From: Callorhinchus milii
Taxonomy: Eukaryota
DNA length: 64,000 nt
Direction: 5' to 3'
Assembly (NCBI RefSeq): GCF_018977255.1
Contig: NW_024704742.1
Span: forward strand, 137,702,001-137,766,000
Positions within the stretch are counted from its first letter, which is position 1. Each line of letters opens with the position of its first letter. The position numbers and the translations under genes are program-made. Below the pieces are notes generated by a model. It worked only from the letters and a program-made list of their open reading frames with translations, searched no databases and was not told the origin of the DNA. Positions 11,401 to 22,200 of this stretch are shown here, piece after piece.

Positions 11401-12042
11401 ACAAAATAAAACTTGTCAAAATGGAATGAACGGGCGGAGCGGCTGTTTTCATGCTATAAAAATACCACCATTTTAACAGTCAGAAACGGGAGTAGAATAC
11501 AGAGCTGCAGTGAGAACCAGCGCCGGCACAGACACTTTGTTTGCGGTCAGCCGGGTGTCTGATAACAGAGGAAACTCATCACTGCGCTGAAGAGTCTTCA
11601 AACCAAACTACTCAGAATTCCACTTATATCTGGAAACGTCTGTGTGTCTGGAATGAGATGTGCACTTTGTCCCCAGAGGGACGTATCCTGCTCACCTCAT
11701 CACAGACAGTATTCTGCGCAGGATGGGAAGATCACCGATTCAACAACAAATTGTATAGCACCTTTCATGTCGGGAGGACATCAAGAGAGGGGTGAGGGGA
11801 AGGGACTGTGGGATGGAGTTCCAAAGGGTGAGGCAAACACTTACACTGTGGGGCTCAGTGAGTAACACAGTTCTGTTCAGTTTAGAGACGGGAATCTTAT
11901 TTGCAGGAGATATCACATGACTGTAATTATTCCAGTAAAAGGTAAAGCAGTAATTAAAGCCAGTCAGGTTTCTGATTGGAAAGTACGTACGGAAGGCCGA
12001 GGCTGACAGGACCAGGGTACAGAGCACAGCTCCCAGCATCAT
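5397..12042 (-). CDS. SIGLEC15-like: Gene A: Siglec-15-like activating-type receptor (leader-V1-V2-C2/TM with Lys-short tail), 409 aa
   Basis: Exons 12042-11991, 10478-10089, 8531-8163, 6559-6191 and 5446-5397 all have AG/GT boundaries and phase-1 junctions, totalling 1230 nt in one frame. V1 motifs CKFTHPHPRYTG and GNPRRND, C2 motif CSAEGEPP and [10 protein letters not shown] resemble Siglec-15 as I recall it. The tail is [16 protein letters not shown]. Confidence 0.85.
6191..6559 (-). CDS. Gene A C2-set Ig plus transmembrane exon (TM Lys codon 6240-6242)
   Basis: CTGAAG acceptor; APAVILSL...[14 protein letters not shown]...GTYRCVAEN...[29 protein letters not shown]; GTTTGT donor; 369 nt. 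Confidence 0.88.
6603..7125. repeat. About 71-bp minisatellite just upstream of the C2 exon acceptor
   Basis: Units recur at about 6608, 6679, 6782, 6857, 6928, 6999 and 7070. Copy number differs in genes B (about 1), C (about 4) and D (about 5). Confidence 0.9.
8163..8531 (-). CDS. Gene A second V-set Ig exon (V2)
   Basis: TCTCAG acceptor and GTAAGA donor, 369 nt. V-set hallmarks: ATLPCSF, VLWRR, DASLKI, DTGRYFC. Confidence 0.9.
9090..9450 (-). mobile_element. tRNA-derived SINE with L2-like 3' tail
   Basis: Head GGAGTCCTGTAGTGTAGTGGTTAGAGCACTCGCCTCACAAGCGAG with A/B boxes and an (ATT)n tail. Many copies, e.g. about 285-660, 4320-4640, 10930-11300, 14100-14400, 29820-30145, 31630-31990, 43430-43790 and 52750-53105. 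Confidence 0.75.
10089..10478 (-). CDS. Gene A N-terminal Siglec-15-like V-set exon (V1; F-strand Arg replaced by Cys)
   Basis: CTCACAG acceptor and GTGAGG donor, 390 nt. WTMETP...YCKFTHPHPRY...MWKAG...GNPRRND...WSCCVELQG. Confidence 0.9.
11991..12042 (-). CDS. Gene A leader exon
   Basis: [17 protein letters not shown] plus GTACGT donor. It splices in frame to V1 (C|GG = Arg). Confidence 0.85.
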
Positions 12043-12460
12043 CGTCCCTCACTCAGGACACACTCCTTCCCCGCGCACGTCTGCCTCGCACTGGCACAGA
12101 TGGTCACCCTTCTCTTTCCTTCCTCCTCTCGTTCTGTGGTCACCACCAGAGCTCCACCCCACACATCCGCTTTGTTCTGATGCTCTGTAATGTTTCTCCC
12201 CAACACTAACCTGCACTCGTCCCCTGTCACAGTAACTGGGTGACTTTTAATCCTCTATTACATTTCACACCCTTGTTATATTGGCCACGTTTACATGGGA
12301 ACATACAAATTTGTTGGCGAAGGAACGCAAAGGTCCATCTCGTTCGCCTTCCACCATCCTGGCAGTCGCTTGACATGTCATTTCCCAAACCATACAGTGT
12401 ATCCTGAGATATTATTTTTCTTGCAGAAATCTATCTAATTTGTTCTTGAAACAAACAACT

Positions 12461-13203
12461 ATGGAAGAAGCAAACAAAATTGGGGGAGGGATCAGAAGGA
12501 AATGACCCAAGCTGGACCGAAGTCACAAATAAGGAGAATATAAGTGGTCAGGGACCTAATACAATTATAGAACAGAAGGGTGAAAAGACTTTCAAAAATA
12601 AAATGAGAGGAGCAACGAATAATAATGAATGAAACTGTCTGTACAGCAATGTTCACAGCATCCGAAATAAAACAGGAGGACTGAGGCAGTAATTCGTAGT
12701 GAGGAAACAGATATATTTGGGATTACTGAAACGTGGCTACAGAAAGACCAGGACTGGCAATTAAACATTGCAGGTGTAACATATTTAGATAGGATAGAGA
12801 TGGGGTAAAAGGGCCATGGAGTAGCTGAACATGTTAGGGATAACATCATGGCAGTAGAAAAAAGGAAATCGGGAGATCAAAACCAGGGGCCATCAATATA
12901 AAATTGTCACAAGTGGATTAAATAGGGAAGTTAGACGTTTGCAGAAATGTCTTCACACACAGAGTAGTGAGAATGTGGAACATCTGCCACAAGGAGTTGT
13001 TGAGGCTAATAGCATCGATGTATTTAAGAGGAAGCTGGAGAGGTACTTGAGGGAGAAAGGAATAGAAGGTGATGCTTGATGGCTTAGTTGAGGAAGAGCA
13101 GGAGGAGGCTCATGTGGAGCTAAACACCGGCATAGACCAGTTGGGCTGAATGGCCGGTTTCTGTGCAATATATTCTAATGTTTTCTAATGTATTCTAACA
13201 CAA
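12461..13203 (+). mobile_element. CR1-clade LINE fragment (endonuclease N-terminus plus 3' tail) upstream of the gene A leader
   Basis: Reads as ...NVHSIRNK...GITETWLQK.... The empty site is seen at about 32850. An inverted copy lies at about 55840-56525. Confidence 0.7.
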
Positions 13204-14473
13204 TTTGCTTCCACCGTCTCCAAAGGGAACCCTCCATAAGTTACTACTCTCTCACTGAAGTAGTGAACAAATGTTTGAATAAGCGTTACATTTCTGTATT
13301 TGATGCAGAATCTGTAATGTTAGAAAGTTTCAAAGGTCTTCAACAGGTACTGACTGTGTTCGTGGACAAACACAGCAACCACTTTGCACACAGCCATATC
13401 ATCTGAAAGAAATAAAAAGAGTTTTTTGTTAAAGCGCTGAATAAGGTGAAGGACAAAACAGAGATGAGGTTCAGGGCAGTTCTGAGATAAAGTGTGTCGG
13501 AGCTGCTGAAGGGAAAGGTTGAGAGTTTGCACGTGTCGGCACACGCTGGAGACAGTAGATATCATGAGTCGGCAAGAACAGTGATCAGAAGAGCGCTGAA
13601 TTTTGATGATTGTGGGTGGATTAAAAGCAGGAAGGGTGGAATTTCAGAGGGAATCCATATGGAATTAGTTGCAGTTTAAGACAGTTACTGAGGAAAGAGA
13701 TGTGGCTGTGAAAACAGGTTTTAATGAAAACATCAAACACAAGAAGGGAAACAGATAGCTAAGAAGGTGAGCAGGGTAAAAGGGAAGAAAGAAAGTCACG
13801 GTGAAGTGAAGAGCAGAACTTCTTCAAGGTAGGCATTCCTAGAAGACAATTAGTCTACAATTCATCTGGTTGATTGTCGCGCAGGAAGCCGGGAGGAACT
13901 CGCTTCTCTTTTCCATCAGTGTCGAGGGATCTTTAATGTCAGGCAAACAGGTCCTTGGTTTAACGTCTCATCTGAAGGACGGCACCTGGATGGTGAACAC
14001 CACAACCCGCTGACCCAGAGGCGAGAGTGCTACTGACTCACCAGACTGACACCTGATGAGTAATGGGTGCACAGAGGCAGCTGTGGGAGAAGACGAGGAG
14101 AGATAATGACAATTTATTATAATATATTTTGTGGGTGAAACGCGGCAGATAATTGCGCACATCAGTGTCCCACAAACAGTCGTGGATTGAGTGACCAAAT
14201 CAAAAAAGAGAAATGTTTTGAAGGGATTGTTACCCCCAGAAAAGCGATGCACCAATCGACTAACAACCGGGTTCCTTGTTACTGCTGTGTAAACACCGGC
14301 GGTGGAGTTAGGAAACTTGACTACCGTTTGGGTCGGCCCGGAATCGAACCCGGGAACTGTTGCTTGCGACGAGTGCTGTCACCACTGAACTACAATACTC
14401 CATTACTGTCTCACAGGTTCGCCTGACTGCGGCCACATTAACATACACCACCGAGCCATACGTTCACAAGCAT

Positions 14474-14479
14474 TTTATT
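14474..14479 (-). terminator. Candidate poly(A) signal of gene B (AATAAA)
   Basis: Occupies the homologous position to 4715-4720 within a diverged shared 3' segment. Confidence 0.4.
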
Positions 14480-14579
14480 CAGTCAATTTCAGAACAGAAT
14501 ATTTACTGTGGAGATCAGGTTCAGTAGGAAAAATAGTGAATAAGACAATCTGATTCAATGCCTTGGAATCAACGATGCA

Positions 14580-14960
14580 GTGGGTTTGGGGGGAGAGTGT
14601 GTGAGGGGGGAGGCAATGAGGTTGGTATTGAGGAGGGGGACAGTGAGGCATGTCAGTGAGGGGGTAGTTCGGTGGTCAGTCAGTGGGGCAGCGAGGAGGG
14701 GGTAGTGAGGGGGGGGCAGTGAGGGGGGGCAGTTAGGGGTTGATAATGAGGGGGGGCAGTGAAGGGGGGCACAGTGAGGGGGGGCGGTGAAGATGGGGCG
14801 GTGAGATGGGAGCACTGAGAGGAGACAATGAGGGGATAGTGCGGGGCGGTGAGGGGTGGGCAGTGATGAGGGGCAGTGAGGGGGCAGAAATGAGTGGGAA
14901 GTGATTGGTCCAGTGAGGGGGTGGCAATGAGGGGGAGCAGAGTGGTGGCCAGTGAGGTGG
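14580..14960. repeat. G-rich low-complexity tract (CAGTGAGGGGGG-like units)
   Basis: Repeated CAGTGAGGGG words. Confidence 0.7.
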
Positions 14961-15569
14961 GGGCACTGAAGGGGGAGAACTTGCTGCAAACTTTCTCCCT
15001 CGCCCTCGGCTTTGCCCAGTTAGGAGCCCACAGTTGGTGAGGAGACCCACTTGCCTTCCCCTCAGCTCGAGAGCGACTTCCTGACAGTCTGCAGGAACAG
15101 CCGCCATAATCAATGATGTCCTCCCACATTAAGAGAGAATAAGAGAATTATTTAGGGAGGACAAGTTTGCAGGGCTATGGGGAGAGAGCGGGGGAGGGGG
15201 ATTGATTTGGAAGCTGTTTCAAAGAGCCGTCACAGACACGATGGGTCGAATGGCCTCCTTCTGTGGTGTATAATTCTATGATTGTGTGAATTGGCTACTC
15301 AATGCTGGAATGGCCACCAAGTGGCAGTGTGTCCCTCCTGACCGGGAATGGACTCTTCCTCTTCCAGGCCAGACCGCCACCATCTTTGATTTCCCTGAAG
15401 TGGAGATAAACACAATTGTAAATTGCAGACCTCGGGGCCGCCCGTGAATACACAGCAATAACGTGTTCACATAGAGCAGGGCCGCAAGCCACAGCCGCGC
15501 TATAAACACACTCGGACTATAATGAGCCGAGCTCTCGGGGACGGACTGTACAATGTTGATGCATTGACT

Positions 15570-16080
15570 GCTGTTCCTGATGGGGTCGATAGGCTCCATG
15601 ACCCTATCACCCCCATCCTCGCCCGACTCCACTGGCTTCCCATCACACAGAGGATACAGTTCAAGATCCTGGTCCTCACGATCAAAGCTTTCCATGGTCT
15701 TGCTGCCCCCTACCTCCGAGACCTCCTACCCCCTAGCATCCTGCTCACTCCCTCCACTCAGCAGCTTCCAGACTGCTTCATGTCCCCCGCCTCGCTCGCC
15801 CCACTCTTGGCGTCTGGACTTCTGCCACTATGCCCCCAACCTCTGGAACTCCATCCCACAATCTCTACGCCTTGCCCCCTCCCTTGCCACCCTCAAGACC
15901 CATCTCAAGACCCTCTCCTTCCACCATCCTTTCGATCTTCTTGCTCCCCCCCTGCCCTCCACACTCCGCCACCCCGACCCCCAGCTCGGGTCCGTAACTC
16001 TGTCTGACTAGCCCCTTGGGACGTCCTCCCGACGTGAAACGCACTTTACAAATGTAATTTTGTTGTTGTTGTTGTTGTTT
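15570..16080 (+). mobile_element. L2 3' fragment
   Basis: [15 protein letters not shown] motif and (TTG)n tail. Confidence 0.8.
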
Positions 16081-16153
16081 CGGGCTCGATATAAGTCACT
16101 ACAGGTCTCACCTGTATAAATGGCGGACAGCAGACTCTGGGCGGGACCAGTGT

Positions 16154-16206
16154 TCACTGCTCAGCTGATCTCCCATTCGATTTGGTGACAACAGCATAAA
16201 TCACAT
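16154..16206 (-). CDS. Gene B terminal exon with ITIM ([17 protein letters not shown])
   Basis: Strong acceptor TTTGTTTCTCTTCCAG. The phase-1 reading gives a V-x-Y-x-x-V ITIM and then TGA. Confidence 0.78.
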
Positions 16207-19200
16207 CTGGAAGAGAAACAAAATGGAGTCAGGACATGTCCCACCACTTGCTGAGAGCTCTGATATAACGTGTGACCCACGTTAAAGTCTATTAGAACTT
16301 TAATATAACTTTTCTAAGGTCCAAATGTCTCAAAGCGAATCACTGTCAAGTGTAGTGACTGTGTATTTTATCAGCAAACCTGGCGGCTAATTTGAATTCA
16401 ACAATGTCCACATACAGCCAAGAAATGGGTGACCAATTTTATTTGGAGAATTGTTGGCCCGGACACCAGGAGAGAGAAATTCCCTTCCCTTTTCCAACAG
16501 CACATTGCATTCCAGACACAGGGAAATTTCCATGTGGAGGTGACATATATATGTGGAATTCTCATTCTGGTTTGGATACTCTTGAGAAGGTGATGTTGGT
16601 TGACCCAAAAAACCTCAATAGATACAGACGGGATCTTGGTTTAACATCGCAATTAAAGGACAGCACTTCTGACAATGTAGCGCTCCTCCCAGTACTGCAC
16701 TGGAGCATCAGCCTGGACTGTGAGCTCGAGGGCCCTGATTTAGGGGCTCGAATCCCCAACCTCCTGACCCAGAGCCAGAGTGCGAGCAGCGAGGCGACTG
16801 GATACACAATAAACCAGAAAAGGCTGACAATACTCACTGTCATCAGAGGCTCTGATGGTGGAATTTGCGTACACTTGGGAAGGAGAGAGAGACAATTATT
16901 AGTAAATAATTTCAATATTGATAACATTTCCATCAGAAATGGGAATCAACTTCACAAAGAAACTATGACACTGGTTATCAAACGGAGTGCGTATATACTG
17001 TACCCGTGGAAATACAGAGAGTGGAGTGCAATGTCTGAAGCTCAGGCCCCAAAATGGGACAGAGTACGAGGAATGAACAGTGAACTGGGGATTGGTGCTA
17101 CTCCAACGCAAGTCACTGGGATCTGATGCTACTCTAATGTCAGGCCCTGGGGATTGGTGAGCACCAACCACAGAGCTAAGACTTCAGGTCTAATCTGTGC
17201 AGTGTAGTGACTGTGTGTCTGTTGGTGAACGCAGCAGCCAATTTGCACTCAGCAATGTTCCACAATCAACCGGGAAGTTTTATAACCAATTTAATCCGGA
17301 CACCCAGAGAAACTCCCTTCTCTTTTCCAAGTGCCGCGGGACATTTAACATTCACCTGAACAGGGACAGATGAGACCTCAGTTTAATATCTCATCTGATG
17401 GACGACGCCTCATACAATGCAGTGTTCCTCCTGCACCGTGCAGCCTGGATTATGTGAATAAAAGACCCAATGTGGGGCTTGAACCCACAATTATCTGACT
17501 GAGGTGAGAGTTGCTGCCGCCTGTGCCAGGCTGAGAGTTGACCCCGGACAGGAAGGGGAACGCAGACTCTTGTCGGCTGAGAGGCAAGGCAATGCTGGCT
17601 CCCCCCGTGTGATACGTTTCAAGCCAGTCAGGAAACTTGGCGTCTTGTTCGACCCTTAACTGTCCTTTCTACCCCATATCCATGCCATGACCCACCTTGG
17701 CTTCCCCCACCTACGCAACATTGCCCAACTCCCCCACTGCCTCTCCCCTCAGACTGCCGACAACTTCATACACACACTCATCACCTCAAGGCTCGACTAC
17801 AGAAAATACCTCCTTGTTGGCCTCCAAAACTCTTCCCTCCACAAGCTTCAGATCATCCAGAACTCTGCAGCTTGTGTCTTCCCCACAGCAGCTCCATAAT
17901 CCAATCATCCTCACCCACGCCCTCCTACATCTCTGACCTGCTAACACCCTATCAACCTGTTTGCTCCCTCCATTCAGCAAACTCCGGCCTGCTTCATGTC
18001 TCCAACCAGATGCCCCCCTCCATTGGCGGCCTGGCCCTACCCTTTGGAACGCCATCCCACAATCCCTTCTCCTCGCTCTCTCCACTGCCTCCTTCAAGGC
18101 CCGAATCATGACTCTCCTTTTCGTGCGTGACTTCAGCCGCCCACCTACATCTCTGTGACCCACGTTAAAGTCTATTAGAACTTTAATATAACTTTTCTAA
18201 AGTCCAAATGTCTCAAAGCGAATCACTGTCAAGTGTAGTGACTGTGTATTTTGTCAGCAAACCTGGCGGCTAATTTGAATTCAACAATGTCCACATACAG
18301 CCAAGAAATGGGTGACCAATTTTATTTGGAGAATTGTTGGCCCGGACACCAGGAGAGAGAAATTCTCTTCCCTTTTCCAACAGCACATTGCATTCCAGAC
18401 ACAGGGAAATTTCCATGTGGAGGTGACATATATATGTGGAATTCTCATTCTGGTTTGGATACTCTTGAGAAGGTGATGTTGGTTGACCCAAAAAACCTCA
18501 ATAGATACAGACGGGATCTTGGTTTAACATCGCAATTAAAGGACAGCACTTCTGACAATGTAGCGCTCCTCCCAGTACTGCACTGGAGCATCAGCCTGGA
18601 CTGTGAGCTCGAGGGCCCTGATTTAGGGGCTCGAATCCCCAACCTCCTGACCCAGAGCCAGAGTGCGAGCAGCGAGGCGACTGGATACACAACAAACCAG
18701 AAAAGGCTGACAATACTCACTGTCATCAGAGGCTCTGATGGTGGAATTTGCGTACACTTGGGAAGGAGAGAGAGACAATTATTAGTAAATAATTTCAATA
18801 TTGATAAGATTTCCATCAGAAATGGGAATCAACTTCACAAAGAAACTATGACACTGGTTATCAAACGGAGTGCGTATATACTGTACCCGTGGAAATACAG
18901 AGAGTGGAGTGCAATGTCTGAAGCTCAGGCCCCAAAGCTGGGACAGAGTACGAGGAATGAACAGTGAACTGGGGATTGGTGCTACTCCAACGCAAGTCAC
19001 TGGGATCTGATGCTACTCTAATGTCAGGCCCTGGGGATTGGTGAGCACCAACCACAGAGCTCATACTTCACAGGTCTAATCTGTGCAGTGTAGTGACTGT
19101 GTGTCTGTTGGTGAACGCAGCAGCCAATTTGCACTCAGCAATGTTCCACAATCAACCGGGAAGTTTTATAACCAATTTAATCCGGACACCCAGAGAAACT

Positions 19201-22200
19201 CCCTTCTCTTTTCCAAGTGCCGCGGGACATTTAACATTCACCTGAACAGGGACAGATGAGACCTCAGTTTAATATCTCATCTGATGGACGACGCCTCATA
19301 CAATGCAGTGTTCCTCCTGCACCGTGCAGCCTGGATTATGTGAATAAAAGACCCAATGTGGGGCTTGAACCCACAATTATCTGATTGAGGTGAGAGTTGT
19401 TGCCGCCTGTGCCAGGCTGAGAGTTGACCCCGGACAGGAAGGGGAACGCAGACTCTTGTCGGCTGAGAGGCAAGGCAATGCTGGCTCCCCCCGTGTGATA
19501 CGTTTCAAGCCAGTCAGGAAACTTGGCGTCTTGTTCGACCCTTAACTGTCCTTTCTACCCCATATCCATGCCATGACCCACCTTGGCTTCCCCCACCTAT
19601 GCAACATTGCCCAACTCCCCCACTGCCTCTCCCCTCAGACTGCTGACAACTTCATACACACACTCATCACCTCAAGGCTCGACTACAGAAAATACCTCCT
19701 TGTTGGCCTCCAAAACTCTTCCCTCCACAAGCTTCAGATCATCCAGAACTCTGCAGCTTGTGTCTTCCCCACAGCAGCTCCATAATCCAATCATCCTCAC
19801 CCACGCCCTCCTACATCTCTGACCTGCTAACACCTATCAACCTGTTTGCTCCCTCCATTCAGCAAACTCCGGCCTGCTTCATGTCTCCAACCAGATGCCC
19901 CCCTCCATTGGCGGCCTGGCCCTACCCTTTGGAACGCCATCCCACAATCCCTTCTCCTCGCTCTCTCCACTGCCTCCTTCAAGGCCCGAAACATGACTCT
20001 CCTTTTCGTGCGTGACTTCAGCCGCCCACCTACATCTCTGCCCTCCCTCACCACATCCCTGCTCCCTCCACGCTCGGGTCCTGATCCCCGATTCTCCAGC
20101 GACGTGCGACGTCCTCCCGTCTTGAAAGACACTTCACAAATGTAATTTTGTTGTTGTTTCTTACCTGAATCTGTTTGCCGGGCCGGTGCTGGGGTAACCA
20201 CACTGTAGATCACAGCAGCTTCGTCTGTCAGAGACACAACAGTCAGCTCCTTCTCCAGGTCTCTGCAGCTTCCCCTTTGCCACATTCTACCTTCCCTGGT
20301 ATTTATTTATTATTGTTTTGTTTTGGAGGGATTATTATTAGGCTCTGTGTGGAGTAAGGAAACTTGCCCAAGGTTTCACCCTCTGCGTGGAATTGAACAC
20401 AGGTGTCTCATTTGCAAAGCGAGTGCTCTAACCACTGAGCTACAGGACTCCAGACCATTCAGAATACTGCAGCTCATGTCCTTCCCCGCACCAGACTCCA
20501 TGATACCATCACCCCCACTCTCGCGCAGCTCCACTGGCTCCCAAACCCTCATTGGATAGAATTCAAAATCCTCATCCTTGCCTTCAAGGCCCTCGACAGA
20601 CTTCTGCCCTCCTATATCTCTGTGACCCGCTAACTCCTTATCAAACTGTCCACTCCCTCCACTCAGCAGGCTGCGGCCTGCTCCACATTCACCGCTCAGC
20701 CCGCCCCACCATCGGCAGCCATGCCTTCAGCCTCTCACCTACCCTTTGGAAAGCCATCCCACATTCCCTTTGCCGTGCTCCCTCCCTTGCCTCCTTCAAG
20801 GCATGTCTCAAGACTCTCTTTTCGACTGTGTGTTCGGCCACTCCGGCCCTCCACCATCCCTTACCCCAAAACCCCAGGTCCAAATCCCTGACTGTCCAGC
20901 GCCTTGGGACACCCTCCCGACGTGATACAAATGCAGTTTGCATTGTATTGTAAACCTGACAGCCAATGTGCATTCAGCAATGTCCCACAAACAGCTATGA
21001 AGTGGGTGACCAATTATGTTTGGAGCATTGTTGGCCAGGACATCAGGAGAGAGAAAGTCCCTTCTCTTTTCCAATATCACATTGCATTCCAGACACAGGG
21101 ACATTTCCATCTGACTGAGAGGTGAGAGTGCTGCCAACTGAGCCAGGCTGACAGTTAACCCCGGACAGGAGAGGGAACGCAGATCTCTGTCGGCTGAGAA
21201 CCGACACAATGCCGGCTCCGTCCCCGTGTGATACGTTTAATTACCTGAATCTGTTTGCCGGGCCGGTGCTGGGGGAAACACACTGTAGATCACAGCAGCT
21301 TCGTCTGTCAGAGACACAACAGTCAGCTCCTTCCTCCAGTTTCCCCTTTACCACATTTTACCATGTCCCAGGGTGGACGTAGCCTCTATAAGGCTCCCTC
21401 TCAGCCGTCCCAGGACAGAGCCCTGAGGTTCCCTCTCACTACAGCACCAATTGTACAATCAGAACATTTATACCCATTTGGAGGCCCTTTGACTGTGAGG
21501 CTCTGAAAGGCTCTCCCTTTAGCCCCACTCCCCTTTTCCCATTGGCTTTCCAAATATTATTGGTGACTTGGTAGGTGCATTTTGCCGACTCCCAGGTCCG
21601 GGGCACAGCTGTGAGCTGTATATTCTCCGAAATGAGGTAAGCAGGATGAGTCTCTCCGTGGAGACAGACAGAGTGAGCCATTCCATATATGGAAATTTCC
21701 ACGTGTAGGTGACTTACATGGGTGGAATTCTCAGTCTGGTTTGGATGCTCTGAAGCACAGTGATGGGTTTCTGTGTGTGAAGACACCCAGAGCCAGAGGT
21801 GAGAGGGTCACTGACTGAGCTCGGCTGAGACCCAGTGACGGGATATTGAAAGCACGGGGTCAAAATTGTGGCATCGCAAATCGAGACAGAACAGTTACCG
21901 TCTCCTGCAGGCGGCTGAGGTCGGACCATGTCATTGCTAACCATTTGATGACTGAAAAAAAGAGAAAACGTTTTATATTGTACATTTTATAGAGGTTGGA
22001 AGATAAAACCTTATTTGTAATAATGCTTACATTTCATTCAGCGTCTTTCACGTCAGAAGGACAGACGTTCATAACACTTCACAGTGTAGGAGTCAGTAAT
22101 TAATATGTTAAATAATATCTTAAATGATATTTGCGATGTTTATATATTTGAAACATATGATCAATCTCATATGAGGGGAGTCGGTTGTGATGAGCTTTGT

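Larger units (their letters stand above)
16270..20040. repeat. Direct tandem duplication with a 1883-bp period
   Basis: 16270-18152 matches 18153-20040 almost base for base (e.g. ORFs 16392 and 18251). Confidence 0.93.

Noticed and set aside
14330-14401. tRNA-like sequence with GGTTCGATTCC B box (also about 9380-9450 and 30075-30140)
   Set aside because: The acceptor stem does not pair and each is followed by SINE body and tail, so these are tRNA-derived SINE heads, not tRNA genes.
16392-17126. 244-aa plus-strand ORF (and its 238-aa copy at 18251-18967)
   Set aside because: It runs through SINE sequence and antisense across a tail exon, has a non-ATG start and no recognisable domain. Its recurrence is explained by the tandem duplication.
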